Assembly: GCA_037379345.1 (NCBI GenBank)
Contig: CM074518.1
Span: forward strand, 37,351,586-37,415,585
DNA length: 64,000 nucleotides
Direction: 5' to 3'
Origin: Perna viridis
Lineage: Eukaryota
Shown here: positions 38,666 through 49,660 of the stretch, one piece after another
How positions within the stretch are numbered: position 1 is the stretch's first letter
How the letters are laid out: each line of letters begins with the position of its first letter
Made by a program: the position numbers and the translations under genes
The notes under the pieces: generated by a model
Told to the model about the DNA's origin: nothing
Databases searched by the model: none
What the model saw: the letters and a program-made list of their open reading frames with translations, nothing else

Positions 38666-39082
38666 CTTTTCTTCAGTTTGAGGTGAACCATCATCAGAGT
38701 CTTCAGAAATAGATGGTGTTTTGACCTCTGGCTTGTTACAAGGCCTCTTCACATGATCTCTCATCTCATTAATAGTGACAAATTCCTTTCGACAAATATA
38801 ACATCTAAGATCCATAGCTTTTTTCTTTTTGTTGGATGTTGGAGAGTCAGCTTGTGGTGGATGTGTTGGGGAATCACCTTTTGCAAGTGGATGGACAGGT
38901 TGATTAGGCTGGCTATAGCCACCATATTTTTTCTGAGTGGCGATTTCTTTACATTCTTTGCTATGTCGCCATCTTTGCATGGGATCAGGAAATCCAGTCA
39001 TGCAGTGCCTGCACCAGAATAACTGGGCCGAGGGATTGCTGAGTTGGTGACATGGATGGCCTGTAGGAAGTTCCCCTGCCAT
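38666..39082 (-). CDS. Large C2HC zinc-finger protein, first coding exon (two C2HC fingers)
   Basis: Acceptor tgtttag| before 39093; aaaATGG start at 39082; WCRHCMTGFPDPMQRWRHSKEC and RCYICRKEFVTINEMRDHVKRPC (C-x2-C-x12-H-x3/4-C); ends EEK|gtaatc, phase 0. Confidence 0.8.
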
Positions 39083-40336
39083 TTTATCCAATCCTAAACA
39101 AGTATAAACAGTGGTTACATAAATATACCTTACAATACACTGAGTACATGTACAAAAAGGAACTTGCAGAATCAGAAGGCAAAAAAATGTTTATGACTAT
39201 TAGTAAAGTATTTTGTTCATGTACATGCATGGTTTAATTTTAAGAAATACATTGTGTATTTCAACTACAGTAACAAGTACTGAAAAATCATACTCATCAA
39301 ATCTTAGTTCCCTCAGTTACATGTACTTCTTAAATACAGACCTAAAATTTGCAGAAGAATGGAAGTAATTGAATTTTAGCTGGCATTCAGGAAGTATTTT
39401 TCCTGAACTTTAATCACCGACATGTACATGTACATTGTACATTTTGTACATGTCAGTACTACAAAACAAGTGAAAAGTGATTCTTCAACAACAATTTGCT
39501 CTCAATAAGAATTTCATTTTATATAGGCAATTAATACATGTATGTGTACATTGTACATGTGCATTTTAGAATATAACAGTAAAAAAATACCACAAATTGC
39601 AAAAAAAATTAAAATAAATGAAATTTCATTCTACTAACATGTACCATTACTACAATGTATCTTTATAAACTAACTTTGTACATTCATCTGAGCATGTATT
39701 GTACATATAACACTTGTATTATTCAAAGTAGATACAGTGATATTAAAGTACATGTACACCATACAAATGTTCACACATTAATCATATTAATGAATGAAAG
39801 TACTGAAGAAAAAATACTTTTTGCTTACTTTCAAATTTGTTAAAATATATTGACAAATTGCTACTACCTTTTTGTAATTTTTTTTTGTTTTGTTTTGTTT
39901 GGGGGGGTTACTGTTTCAACCATGTTTTGCTTTAGGGGTGCACATGCTCATAAGCCCTCCCAAGAAAACCAGCCCCTGACTGTTGGAGGGGGAAAACTGA
40001 CTGCAATTTTGAGAAAAAAAAGGATCAGGATTCATAATTAGAAAAAATCAGGAAGAATAATTTGTCCAAAAGACAGGATACAACTAAATATAAAAAAGTC
40101 AACAAAGTAAGTTAGGAAACACCTTCAATTCAAAACTATATTAAGACCAGGATAATGTTGGAAAGTTTACATGTACATGAATAAAAAATGCAGGTCCAAA
40201 ATAATGGATAAATACTTGTATGCAGATGAAAGATAAAGGAAAATCCTCTACAATTCAAATGGTTACTCCTGTGGTTCAAAACAATGTAAGATTGCAAAAT
40301 TTTAATGTATATAGCACAACACAAGTGAAACCCTAA

Positions 40337-40468
40337 AGATTTAGAGGCAGACCTTGGACACAATGGGGAAAATCTGGGACAAGTTCGAAAGAACAGCAGA
40401 GGACCGAGTTGCATAGAGGCAGCTTATAGGCAGTCTATGTCCCAGGAGGGATAAAAGGCCCAAGTAAA
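40337..40468 (+). mobile_element. RTE-clade LINE 3' end fragment
   Basis: DLEADL / TMGKIWDKFERTAEDRVA*RQLIGSLCPRRDKRPK*, a typical RTE C-terminus (AQDRxxWRxLV). Confidence 0.6.
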
Positions 40469-41058
40469 TGGTACCATGAAACCTGTTTTAACTAAACCCA
40501 AGATAAACCAGTAACCTGTGTAAAACAGACATCTTCTGAAGTCCCTGCATATCAGTTATAATACATGTACTTTTTGAACCTGCCTTAAGTGAACAAACCT
40601 CTCAGTCCAGAAGGGGTTTGGTTTAGAAAGGTGCCCTTGTCCATGAATGAATTCATGTACATGCACTAAATGTCATTTAAAGCCAGTGTTCACATTTAAG
40701 GAGACATACTTGCTAAATGCCAGTTCAAGTAGAAATCCTTTCCACTTGCTAAAATTTGTGGAATTTGGCAAACTTTGCAAGTGTAGTTCAGAAATTACTT
40801 AGATTTAGCGGGTGGAATATTTTGATACTTGCTAAAATTAGCTCAGTAGTTAAAAAAAATTCTTAAAATCAATCCCTGTAAAGCAAAGAAATACTTAACA
40901 ACAGTCAGGATTGATACATGTACATGTAATTACCATTAAAAGTTACATTTGAACGTATACATGTATCATGGCTCTGATACATGTAATTAATAAACATAAT
41001 AACTTACTAGTACCTGTACATGCACTTTCGAAGATCATTTTGGAAGGTTATGTACACA

Positions 41059-41792
41059 CATACCAAATCCATTCAAAGAATTGAAAATGACATTTTTCAA
41101 TCTGTTTTTCATCCAATAATTTTATGACAAAGCTTTTTGAACATTTTATTTATGCTATTTTCTCTACAATATATTTCAATGAACTGGAGGATGATCAACT
41201 CATGAGATCAATATTAAAATATTGAACACTGTACTTTTTAAGTCTTTAATATCTTTATCGACTTCTTGCACTAGTAATTTCAGTACTTTACATTCACATA
41301 TGATTTGCATAATTACTAGACCACTTTACACTGCTAATCAGTGCTGTAAAACCATCAATTTTTGCTTTATACAAGATCAAAGGTACCTCTTAAATATCAT
41401 ACACGTGTTCTACATGTGTTTTTCGCATACCAAATCCATTCAAAGAATTGAAAATGACATTTTTCAATCTGTTTTTCATCCAATAATTTTATGACAAAGC
41501 TTTTTGAACATTTTATTTATGCTATTTTCTCTACAATATATTTCAATGAACTGGAGGATGATCAACTCATGAGATCAATATTAAAATATTGAACACTGTA
41601 CTTTTTAAGTCTTTAATATCTTTATCGACTTCTTGCACTAGTAATTTCAGTACTTTACATTCACATATGATTTGCATAATTACTAGACCACTTTACACTG
41701 CTAATCAGTGCTGTAAAACCATCAATTTTTGCTTTATACAAGATCAAAGGTACCTCTTAAATATCATACACGTGTTCTACATGTGTTTTTCG
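41059..41792. repeat. Apparently exact 367-bp tandem duplication
   Basis: 41059-41425 repeats at 41426-41792; the ORF track gives identical peptides at 41222 and 41589 (offset 367). Confidence 0.9.
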
Positions 41793-42033
41793 CTTGTACG
41801 AGAACTTGAAGTTTACATTAAAAGATGAAATGATCGGTTAGCATTGAACTTAATGTAATATAAGGAGCTTGTTACAATTGACTATATAGTCATTACCAGT
41901 TCCCTGGTCAATATCATAAGCGACCGAAAAGATCCCTAAAAATTTGAGAAAAACTAGTGGAACGAAAACATTACCTGCACTTCCTGGTAACCAGTTGTTT
42001 TAATTGAGAAACATTAGGGACATCACAGTTACG

Positions 42034-42072
42034 AAAGAGTAATCATATCAAGGGAACCAAGATTCTAGTGGA
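42034..42072 (-). mobile_element. ~40-bp 3' tip of the same PLE family
   Basis: Reverse complement ttccactagaatcttggttcccttga(tatga)ttactcttt matches the family terminus. Confidence 0.55.
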
Positions 42073-42912
42073 AGTCACTCAAATTTAGAGCATATCGCAT
42101 TTGTGCCATTTTGAATGCTGAAAACAAGCCTAAATAAGTGGCACAGAATATTTGACGATTAGGGACTTTCAAGGATTTAGTCCTTTCTTTTACAATGGTA
42201 GTCTCAGGCAGCAACTGAACAGGGCTCATACAATATCATTGAAAAATTTAATGAAGTAATTACTGCACTCAGGAAGTTGTGCAATCTGTTTTTGGCTCTT
42301 AGTCTTAAATTTTACTTTGCCTTTTTTCAACTACATGTAGCCAATATAAGTCCATCTGTTACGGTAGGTATATTCATAGTAACACAGATTTTTACTAGTA
42401 TTAAATCTAGTGATAGCGTAAAAACCTACTGTACATGTAGTGAACAGAGTGTGTTCAACAGTTGTTCATAGCTCTAGAAAAGATCACATAGAATTTATCA
42501 TTCGTACAATTTAAACGATTGCATAAAGACCTGGATGCTTTATTTTAGCCACTATGTGTCAGATAAATGTTAATTTCATGACTGTAAAACAAATTTTTTT
42601 TAATGGTATGTGGGAAACATGGGAGTGGTTGCCTGAATATTAAATCAGTCGGAAATTCCAGCTTAAATATCAACTGACTATTCTATAACACAGATGAAAA
42701 CATTTTCATCCTTGTAAATTTTGTACTCGAATTGATGTTTACCAGCTATCAGTACTTATAACTGACATATACATGTACATGTATGAAACTGAAAGAAGAT
42801 ACACAATATGAGTGTCACCATAATTCCGTTTTTGGCTAATGATTTCAAACCTGATCTAAGTACTGAACATGGAAGTTCATTTTAATGCTAACGTTATATG
42901 TCATTTACTTAC

Positions 42913-43015
42913 CATAAATTTTTCAACATTTGAAGAAACTGGACCGTTGTTGACGTAGAAGCACACTGATCATCCATGTTTTCTTGGCTAACCAGTGTGG
43001 GCTGAGGGCCATCTT
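42913..43015 (-). other. Candidate 5' UTR exon of the zinc-finger gene
   Basis: tgactgtttttag| acceptor and ATG|gtaagt donor; 103 nt; contains upstream ATGs. Confidence 0.5.
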
Positions 43016-43259
43016 CTAAAAACAGTCATTTACGCAAGTTAAATCAATTCATTTTCGATATAACAGATTAAAAGATAAAACGACACAATTTTAACATGGA
43101 TTATAATTCAAATTCTATTCGAGAGATTAGGAAATGTCGTTTCTCAGGTTTGTCAAGAAAGTAAATTAGAGTGACCTCCCTTGGACACAATTCTCAAAAA
43201 CTGCGATTTTGCTGTTACTTTATACCATAGATACAAAAATACAATAAAATCAAACATAC

Positions 43260-43620
43260 TTTGTAATAAGTTGTGTTCATATTTAATATACAGGACGTAA
43301 ACATTTTATATCCATCGATAAAGGTCTATCCTTCATTGTCGGCAGCTGTGTTTTCGACAATACACTTTCTTTTTGACACCAGGTGGCGAGTCGATCTCAT
43401 TAATATTCATAGATATCGTAACAAATAATTTTGGTGCAGATTTAGCATTATGCACCGCTCAAAGTAGTGACTATTGTTTGTTAACACAAATTTGTTAAGA
43501 GCGCAACGTAATTTACATACAAGTGGTGCATAAAATAACATTCGGGCATTGTGCACTGAATGGCATGAGGGGAGGTAAGCGAGTAAGACATTTCACAAAA
43601 AAATTAGAGTTACCCACCCT
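43260..43620 (-). promoter_or_regulatory. Candidate promoter/first exon of the zinc-finger gene, with a CTCF-like site
   Basis: CpG-containing segment; acaccaggtggcga at 43377-43390 resembles the CTCF core CCACCAGGTGGCGC; DRE-like catcgata at 43313; possible donor AAA|gtatgt at 43259. Confidence 0.3.
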
Positions 43621-46600
43621 GAGCTAAAGTATTTAGCTGGATTTTAGAGTAATGAAGTTTTCGTAAAGAATACACGAATAAACAAGCATGATTTATGTCA
43701 TCTGGCTTAACCGTTGTCAACTACACAGATGAATTCAATAAGTATAGATATGTAAAAAAATTCTTTTGGTTCTATAAACTGCAAATAGAACTCTTTATCC
43801 ATGGATTTTTTTAATATTCAGTAATTAGACTATATGAAAATAAGATTATAATAATTTATTTATCAAGTAAAAGAATTGTAAATTGACATTCAAAATGTGA
43901 CTTTCTTTTTACTAAATGAACCATTAAAAAAAAACAACAACAAAATTGGATATATAATGATAAAATTGTAAAGTTTTGACAATAGGGATTCTAATCATGA
44001 AATTGTGATTTGTTTATTTAGTTGTTTATTTGCCAACCAAATATGCAAATTAACGAATCTGACATCACTAATGAAATTGGCCAACTCTTTTATGCTAATA
44101 CATATCAATTTGAAATGTGATAGTCTGTCCGAATAGAATATACCTTTATCATAGCTCAATGTTCCAATAAGCCGTATATATGCATGAAACAGATCGGTGA
44201 AGCAAGCTCTGGAACAGCGATCCCGGTTTTCCTACGCAGGGGTGGTCAAGCATATAGATCGTCAATTGTTTCCATTATGCGGCGCCATTTTTCACACTGC
44301 TTTGAAAATTTTGCACAGACGACAGCCATCGATTTATCTTTTTATACAACCATTTGGCATAGGCAACGAGTACTTCTATCCACGGTGCTTAAATAAGCAG
44401 AAAACGTTTAGCAAAACCTCTTTATATAACGGTATACAGATGAATTGTACAAAACTTGTGCTTCGGTTAAATAAAACAAAACAATGTATTTACTTACAAT
44501 GTATATTTAGTGAAATACTACTTTGATTCTTAGAAAGGTTAAAAGGTTAGAATTTCTGGTCGACCAAAAAATGTCGAATTTGGAAAACAGTTGTTCCAGC
44601 AGACCAAGTTTGAATACACATGGGAATAAATTGTGTCACTTTTGGTTAATCTGTACCTATTTTCGTATGACGCTAGATTTTTGCAATGTTTATTATTGTC
44701 TAAGGGCGTTCAGTATGGTTCTGTCTAAAAACCTGGCAGGGGATGATTCATCGCATCTCAAGATAATTAATGAAACTGTTCAAATACATTTGTTATGTCC
44801 GAAAAAAAACAACTCTTCCCGTGTTCATTCTGTTATATACTATAAAATATTTTTTGACCGGTTATAGCGTAAAAATTCTGACGGGAAGTGTTCTGGAACT
44901 TTTCTGTAGTAGAACGTAAACACATTTTAAGTATAAAAATCAGACAGTGCATATAGTAGAGGTAATTCATGGTGTAGAAAAAACCGACACTCAAATAAAG
45001 CTTTTTAATGTTACTTTTTATCATAGCGATAGTCCTCTCTGTATTCTGTAATGTATTTTTGAGAATATCATACATTCATCTCCCATTAAACCTTAAACCG
45101 ATAATTCTTGCTAAGTACCAATTTCATACACGATCTATATAATTTCTATCTCGAAAGTTCAACAACCGAATAACAAACCAAGACTGCTTATAACTGTTTC
45201 TAGAAATAAAAGTAAAATCGGTGGGTTTTTTCTTTTACATACATGAATCACCTCCTGTTTGATATTTATAAAGTGTGCTTAAGTGTTAAAATTTCCAGTG
45301 GGCACTAATACAATTTTTATGAGACTTACTGAAGAATTTTCAACAAAAAATATTTGGGATTACGAAAAACAAGAATCACTAATATGCTAAAAGCTTCTGT
45401 CTAATTTTAATGCAATGAAAAATTTCATTTTCTTTATAACATCTTTAAAGTAATTTTTCGATATTTTGGTTAGTTATTTCCCCATGGTTCATCAATTACG
45501 TGTGATTATCAAGTTCAAGATCAACCGTTCATCAGTCATAGGTTGCATTGCCTTATGTATTAGGGTATTTTTTTCCTCCTGAATTTAGCCCGTCTATTTT
45601 GGACGATTTTCCACCATTTAAAAATTTTTACATCACGTAACCGTGTTTAATTAAATCATATTGCCCATGCAGGTTTGAATCGTACGTGGATTGTAAGAGA
45701 GAGTAATCAGTGGAAGAGTTGGAGAGAATTGATGGAATCTCTTTGTGACTTGACAGAATGTGTTTGAAAGGAAGCTACATTATTGTACTAGACTCTAACC
45801 GTAGATTGTATTTACATGCAATTTGACAAATGACGCTGGTGTAGTAGGACATGCGTACACTTCCAGGATACCCAATGTCACTCCTGATTTTTTTAAGAGG
45901 TGGGGGTGGGGGGTTCATATTTGCTTAAGTTTTTTGTGTAATGTTTTGTTATTTTATCTTCAGCTTTTATGTGGGATTTTTTTTTTCGCTTTATTGTGCA
46001 TGTAAGTCGTCGCTGTTTCTTTCTTTTTTTTTCGTGTTTGACCTTCGGAATTTTTTGCCGATATTTATAAACATTATAAAGTTGTGTAACCCAAAAAATG
46101 ATAGTATCGGAGGTAAAGTAAGTAGAAATTATAACAAAAAATGAAAGTACCAGAGGTGTAGAAAGTAATAATTATTGAAACTACTTTGAAGAAACATATA
46201 GCAGCTAATGATGTAGTATTTTTTCCAATGAAAAAGAGGGGTGCAAACCCCCGCCCTCTTTGGGTCCGCCGCTGAGTATTACTGAATTCCATTTCTTTAA
46301 TGTATAATAGGGGTTATAGAAGGTAACAAAATATTTAGTATCTAGTAATTCTTTAAAAACTAGATCTAATATACTTGTGTTTTGTTATCTACCCTTGATT
46401 ATTTTTTAACGACAAAATAGAGTTACCTTTCTTTCAACTTTAAAATTCGAAAAGGGTCACGTGAAACGATATATATCTTGGCTACTATTTGCAGAAATTT
46501 TCTCTAAATTAGCGTTACTTTGAACATTTGTTGAATTTAGTTAGTCAGAAGATACAATATTTGGACTGAAACTTTGTTTTTATTATTTCGTACCCGAAAT

Positions 46601-47180
46601 ATTGATTTTGTTTGCATAAGATGATATAGAGACATTTCTCCAACATATAAGAAAGCGTCTAACTACTTAATAACGTATATATAAGACACGAATTTCAATG
46701 TGATTTAAGTTTTTTTTTAGTTTCATAATAGATAATTCTAGTTCCTTACACCTAATGCAGTGGCGGATTCCGGGTTTGACCCCCTATTTGTTAGAAAGTT
46801 CTAACTTTGTGCAAAATGTGGACAGGATCGAACAAATGATAGCATGAACCCTTCTTTAAATGTCTGGATTAGAAACTATTTTATAGTTAATTAAATGTAA
46901 CTAAATATAAAGCAATAGATTATTTCACACATAAAAAAATTACGTACTTATAAAATGTTGATGCCACATATCAGGCGCACCCAATAACCAAGTCTGTCAA
47001 AGCTAATATCAGAAAATAGTCTGTATATCACTGTATATCAATTCTTACTTCCAAAAACCTTTGAAATCATTCTGTAACAATTAGGACTTGGTGTTTAACA
47101 TGTTTACCTAGCGGAGAATCATGTTTATCCCGAATATCAGAGGATGTCGGTGATGCGAGTGCATTTAAAAACGCACGCAT

Positions 47181-47332
47181 NNNNNNNNNNNNNNNNNNNN
47201 NNNNNNNNNNNNNNNNNNNNNNNNNNNNNNNNNNNNNNNNNNNNNNNNNNNNNNNNNNNNNNNNNNNNNNNNNNNNNNNNNNNNNNNNNNNNNNNNNNNN
47301 NNNNNNNNNNNNNNNNNNNNNNNNNNNNNNNN
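47181..47332. other. Assembly gap
   Basis: Run of N. Confidence 1.
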
Positions 47333-47623
47333 TTTTTGTTTTTGGTAAATATATGTAATCTCCATTCGTACCGTAGAAGCTGTTACACTACAGAAAATAT
47401 TACTACTTTTAACTTTTACCAAAACTAGCTTAAGAAGCAAGATATGAGAATGCTTTAATGCAATAAGTTGTGCACCATTTCGCCCCCTTTTTTCCTGCAT
47501 TGTGATCAAATGTAACTTTAACAAAATCATAATTACCAGACTAATTAAATCAAAGTTACAAAGAATTTTTGCAAGTTAACCGCTAGATTACACTTATGAT
47601 AAGGAATTTAGACACCCGCTTAA

Positions 47624-47835
47624 GGAGGTAGACCTAGGATAATGGACATAACTCATGAAATCAGTGATATGTGTGTTTTATATTCAATTTCACCAAAGGC
47701 TCTCAAGCATTCGTTTGAAGCAGAATAAAATGAATCCAAGTTACTTAGATGCTTACATAAGATTGATGTAAAATGCTGCATACAAACGTTCCAATGATTT
47801 TTAAGAGTTGTGTCCCTTACACTAGGTCTACCTCC
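47624..47835. mobile_element. TTAA MITE copy 6
   Basis: Complete TIRs, TTAA on both sides. Confidence 0.8.
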
Positions 47836-48412
47836 TTAATTTACTATGAAGGTGCGGGGCTGGAATTTAATGTCAGCTATGAATTTTTTTTCGCGCAAGC
47901 GCAAAAGTTTTATTTATATTTCAGCAGCAACCGAAATTAAGATTTGTATTAAGAAATCTGCCTTGTAAAGTAATTGGGGGAAAATAACATTATTTTTAAA
48001 TTTTTTTTCTATGGTTGAGTAAACAAATGGATTTTTTTTTTTCAAAAGATTCCACGCCACCACCCACCCCCTCGCCTCGCCTTCGATAATAAAATGGTCG
48101 TTATCTTATAATGAACCGAAGGTATCTAGACCTTCTACAGTTTCTGAATTTCACAATCGATATGATATGGCTTTAAATTTCGCTCTGTCGTGCCAAAAGT
48201 GAAATCCAATTCTATGGACAAAGTTTAGTAAGTCAAAAATGATATAACAGGTCAATCTGTGCAATCCGAACCTCTTTTAGACTTCTCTGGGCGCATGATT
48301 TTCACAATTGACACGTTTCAGAATTTTGAGACAATGAAGGGCAATAAAATATACCGAACTGATTGACTCTAAGTAATAGCCGAAAGGTGTAGTGAAAAAG
48401 GAATAAATTTAA

Positions 48413-48604
48413 GGAGGTAGATCTAGGGTAAGGGAAAATAACTCTTGAAATCAGGGTATGTTTGTATCTTATTCAATTTCACCAAAGCCTTTTATGAAAT
48501 CTGTCCGGGTTACTTTGATGCTTACATGAGATTGATGTCAAATGGTGAATGCAAACGCTCCTATAATTTATTAGAGTTGTACCCCTTACCCTAGGTCTAC
48601 CTCC
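48413..48604. mobile_element. TTAA MITE copy 7 (internal deletion)
   Basis: Complete TIRs, TTAA on both sides. Confidence 0.8.
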
Positions 48605-48744
48605 TTAATGCAGTATAGTCAAAACGCATGAAGTTAGTTTCTGAATATTTGAAGCTTATTTTAGCCAAATTTTAAAGAAATCGAAAATAAGATTGACTAC
48701 AGACTCACTGATCCTAAAATACAGGTGTTTCTCCGTGTATGGTA

Positions 48745-49660
48745 ACAAAATGAAGGGTATTTACAAAATTACTGAACTGATAAAATTCATGCAGTAGTCA
48801 AAATAAATAATCAACATTGAAGCCCGTAAAACAAATGGCATTATCAAGGTAAAAGGCGCAAAGTTGGATATGGTCCTGTCTTGGTGCAGGTATTTCCGAT
48901 TGAAATTAATGGTGATGATGATTGGGTTTTTAACGACCTTGAATACCAATACAGTTCTCTCGCGGTCGATGCTAGTTGGTTAATAGAATCAACTGGTGTT
49001 GGTGGCGGATTTCAGCCTTCGGGATACCTGACCGAAAAACTCGGTCGTAGTATATGTCCTTTTAGCGGCTGGGCTTCTGTGTAGATGCTCTGACCTACTC
49101 CAATACCCCACGTGGATCTGGAAGCGATTCCACACTCTAAATGGTCTGATTGGTGGTTTTTACGGTCTTGACTATCCTTACGGATATCGCACGACCGCCC
49201 CTTACGGGGACTCTGTTAGTAAATGTCTGTTAGTAGTTGGAGGTAGCGGAGCCCAGCCTTCGGGATACCCGACCGAAGAACTCGGTCAGAGTATGTCCTA
49301 TTAGCGGCTGGGCTGCTCTGTTGGTGCTCTGGCCTACTCCCAGACCCACGTGGGTCCGGGAGCGTTTCTCCACTAGAAGTATTTGGAAGTACGTCAACGT
49401 GTAGAGTGATTATAAATGGTGGGTGAAACAAGGTTTTACAGCTCTAATTAAACCTCCCGCTTCCACTGTGGTTAATTATTTCCGATATTATACAAGTAAT
49501 AATTAATTTACAATATTAGCGGGAACCATAAAATTGCCTCCGGTCAAAACTGGAAACATCAGTAGTCAAAACAGTACAGAAAATATAAACAATAAATAAG
49601 TGAAAATTAATGAAACTAAAAACAATATAATATAAATAAAACAAAGAAAACACCAACGTC
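48745..49660 (-). repeat. Unclassified structured element: two ~235-nt GC-rich units inside PLE/retrozyme-like UTR sequence
   Basis: Units ~48915-49140 and ~49145-49378 align; multiple hairpins; AT-rich flanks; outer boundaries approximate. Confidence 0.55.

Noticed and set aside
49242-49378. Hammerhead, hairpin or HDV ribozyme assignment for the GC-rich units
   Set aside because: No CUGANGA/GAAA core; GAGAAAC is not kept in the second unit and lacks the GUAUAUUAC partner; CCCAGCC/GGCTGGG forms a simple stem rather than the HDV double pseudoknot.
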